A stretch of 63,736 nucleotides of DNA, counting the filler, from Lama guanicoe (lineage: Eukaryota), in the NCBI GenBank assembly GCA_013239625.1. It is 91 parts of 91 records of this genome, joined end to end, with 100 filler letters (N's around TTAATTAATTAA, not from the genome) between each part and the next. Parts side by side here need not be neighbours in the genome. Positions count along the whole stretch, not along the records: positions 62,683 to 63,108 come from PNXV01028856.1; positions 63,209 to 63,736 come from PNXV01028857.1; 89 more parts are not named here. One strand, 5' to 3'. The stretch's first letter is position 1. Each line of letters starts with the position of its first letter. The notes under the pieces were generated by a model. It saw only the letters and a program-made list of their open reading frames with translations. It was not told where the DNA came from and searched no databases. Both the position numbers and the translations under genes were made by a program. Of this stretch, positions 62,583-63,736 are shown piece by piece.

Positions 62583-63736
62583 NNNNNNNNNNNNNNNNNN
62601 NNNNNNNNNNNNNNNNNNNNNNNNNNTTAATTAATTAANNNNNNNNNNNNNNNNNNNNNNNNNNNNNNNNNNNNNNNNNNNNGGTGAGCTGGACAAGTAT
62701 TACTACTTATACAGAGTAGGAAACCAAGGGACAGTCCATTATTAGTCAAGGTTAAATGGTTATAAAATCTAAGACATGTCAATGGTAAAATTCAAAACAG
62801 TACAAAGGATATCCAAAAGTTTCCCTAGCTGGAGGTAACCGTAGTTAACCATTTTCTTGTGTTTCATCCAGTAGTTTTCTATGCATGTTCAAACTTGTCG
62901 TTTGTTTTTTTTTTTTAACACGGGAAGATAATATTCTCCATAGTGTCTGCAAATTGCTTTATTGAGTAAATTGTGTAGGAAGAAATTGAACTTATGTGAT
63001 AGCAGGTCCTGCAGCCCTCTCTCCTATCTTGTGGGACTTGGCATAGTTTATTTAACCCCTCCCCTATTGATGGACATTTACGTTGCTTCCAGTTTTTTGG
63101 AACTATGANNNNNNNNNNNNNNNNNNNNNNNNNNNNNNNNNNNNNNNNNNNNTTAATTAATTAANNNNNNNNNNNNNNNNNNNNNNNNNNNNNNNNNNNN
63201 NNNNNNNNTAAATTAAAAAAAAAAAGTGAAAGAACAGTACACTAGTGTCCTACAGTTTAGTGATGGTAACAAAGAAGGCACATAGTAGTGGTATCACCAG
63301 AGAGATGGATATCAAAGAAGGTCGAGTTACTGACTGACAGTGATAAATAAATGAAGGGCTTGAGGCAGGGGCAGGAAGCCCCGTGGATCTCGTTCCGGGA
63401 CTGGTGAGAAGAGATGAAGGAAAAGAAAGGGCCACTGAGAGGGTCTCATACCATATGATGCTGGTAATGGTTTTGACTAGGTCAGTAAATCGGAAGGAGT
63501 GTAGGAGGAAAAGATCAAGACACACCAAAATCTATCCTCAATAAAAAGTAGGTGCTTCAACACATCAAAAAAATACATTAAATGGGGAAGAGGACCTGGC
63601 AAAAGCCTGTCACACTCAAGTAAAGCAAAAATACCCATTTTTTTCCACTACAGAAGTCTCTCGTATATGCAGGATCACGAGTGGCCAGTCACCAACCTTG
63701 ATTACAAGTCCACAGCCAGTTCTGTACGATTTTAAC

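Noticed and set aside
793..63208. Regularly spaced TTAATTAATTAA repeats as a CRISPR-like array or piggyBac TTAA sites
   Set aside because: They are always centred in a fixed 100-bp N block. This is a synthetic six-frame-stop linker used to concatenate contigs.
1..63736. A multi-gene system inferred from adjacency (e.g. RT next to env, GARIN or repeats)
   Set aside because: Adjacent contigs are not physically linked, so gene neighbourhood carries no information here.

Overview
This window is not contiguous DNA. It is about 91 short mammalian contigs (roughly 0.3-1 kb each) joined by about 90 copies of an artificial 100-bp spacer (N44-TTAATTAATTAA-N44, which gives stop codons in all six frames). 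Neighbouring contigs are therefore unrelated, and nearly all listed ORFs are spurious. Two copies of a short tRNA-derived SINE matching my recollection of the camelid Vic-1 element point to a camelid genome (inference). Most of the sequence is ordinary intronic or intergenic DNA with L1, L2, MIR, MaLR/ERV LTR and hAT/Tigger relics. Items with real content: (1) a cleanly spliced GARIN/FAM71-family exon at 21033-21235; (2) a degenerate gamma-type ERV env TM region with polypurine tract and 3' LTR start at 38903-39564; (3) a ~246-247 bp satellite and a 7-mer/28-mer satellite; (4) four pairs of near-identical contigs that look like allelic bubbles; (5) a few candidate micro-exons or terminal exons. 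I found no convincing new multi-gene system, and the concatenated format cannot show one. All repeat-family and paralogue names come from recalled consensus sequences, not from searches.
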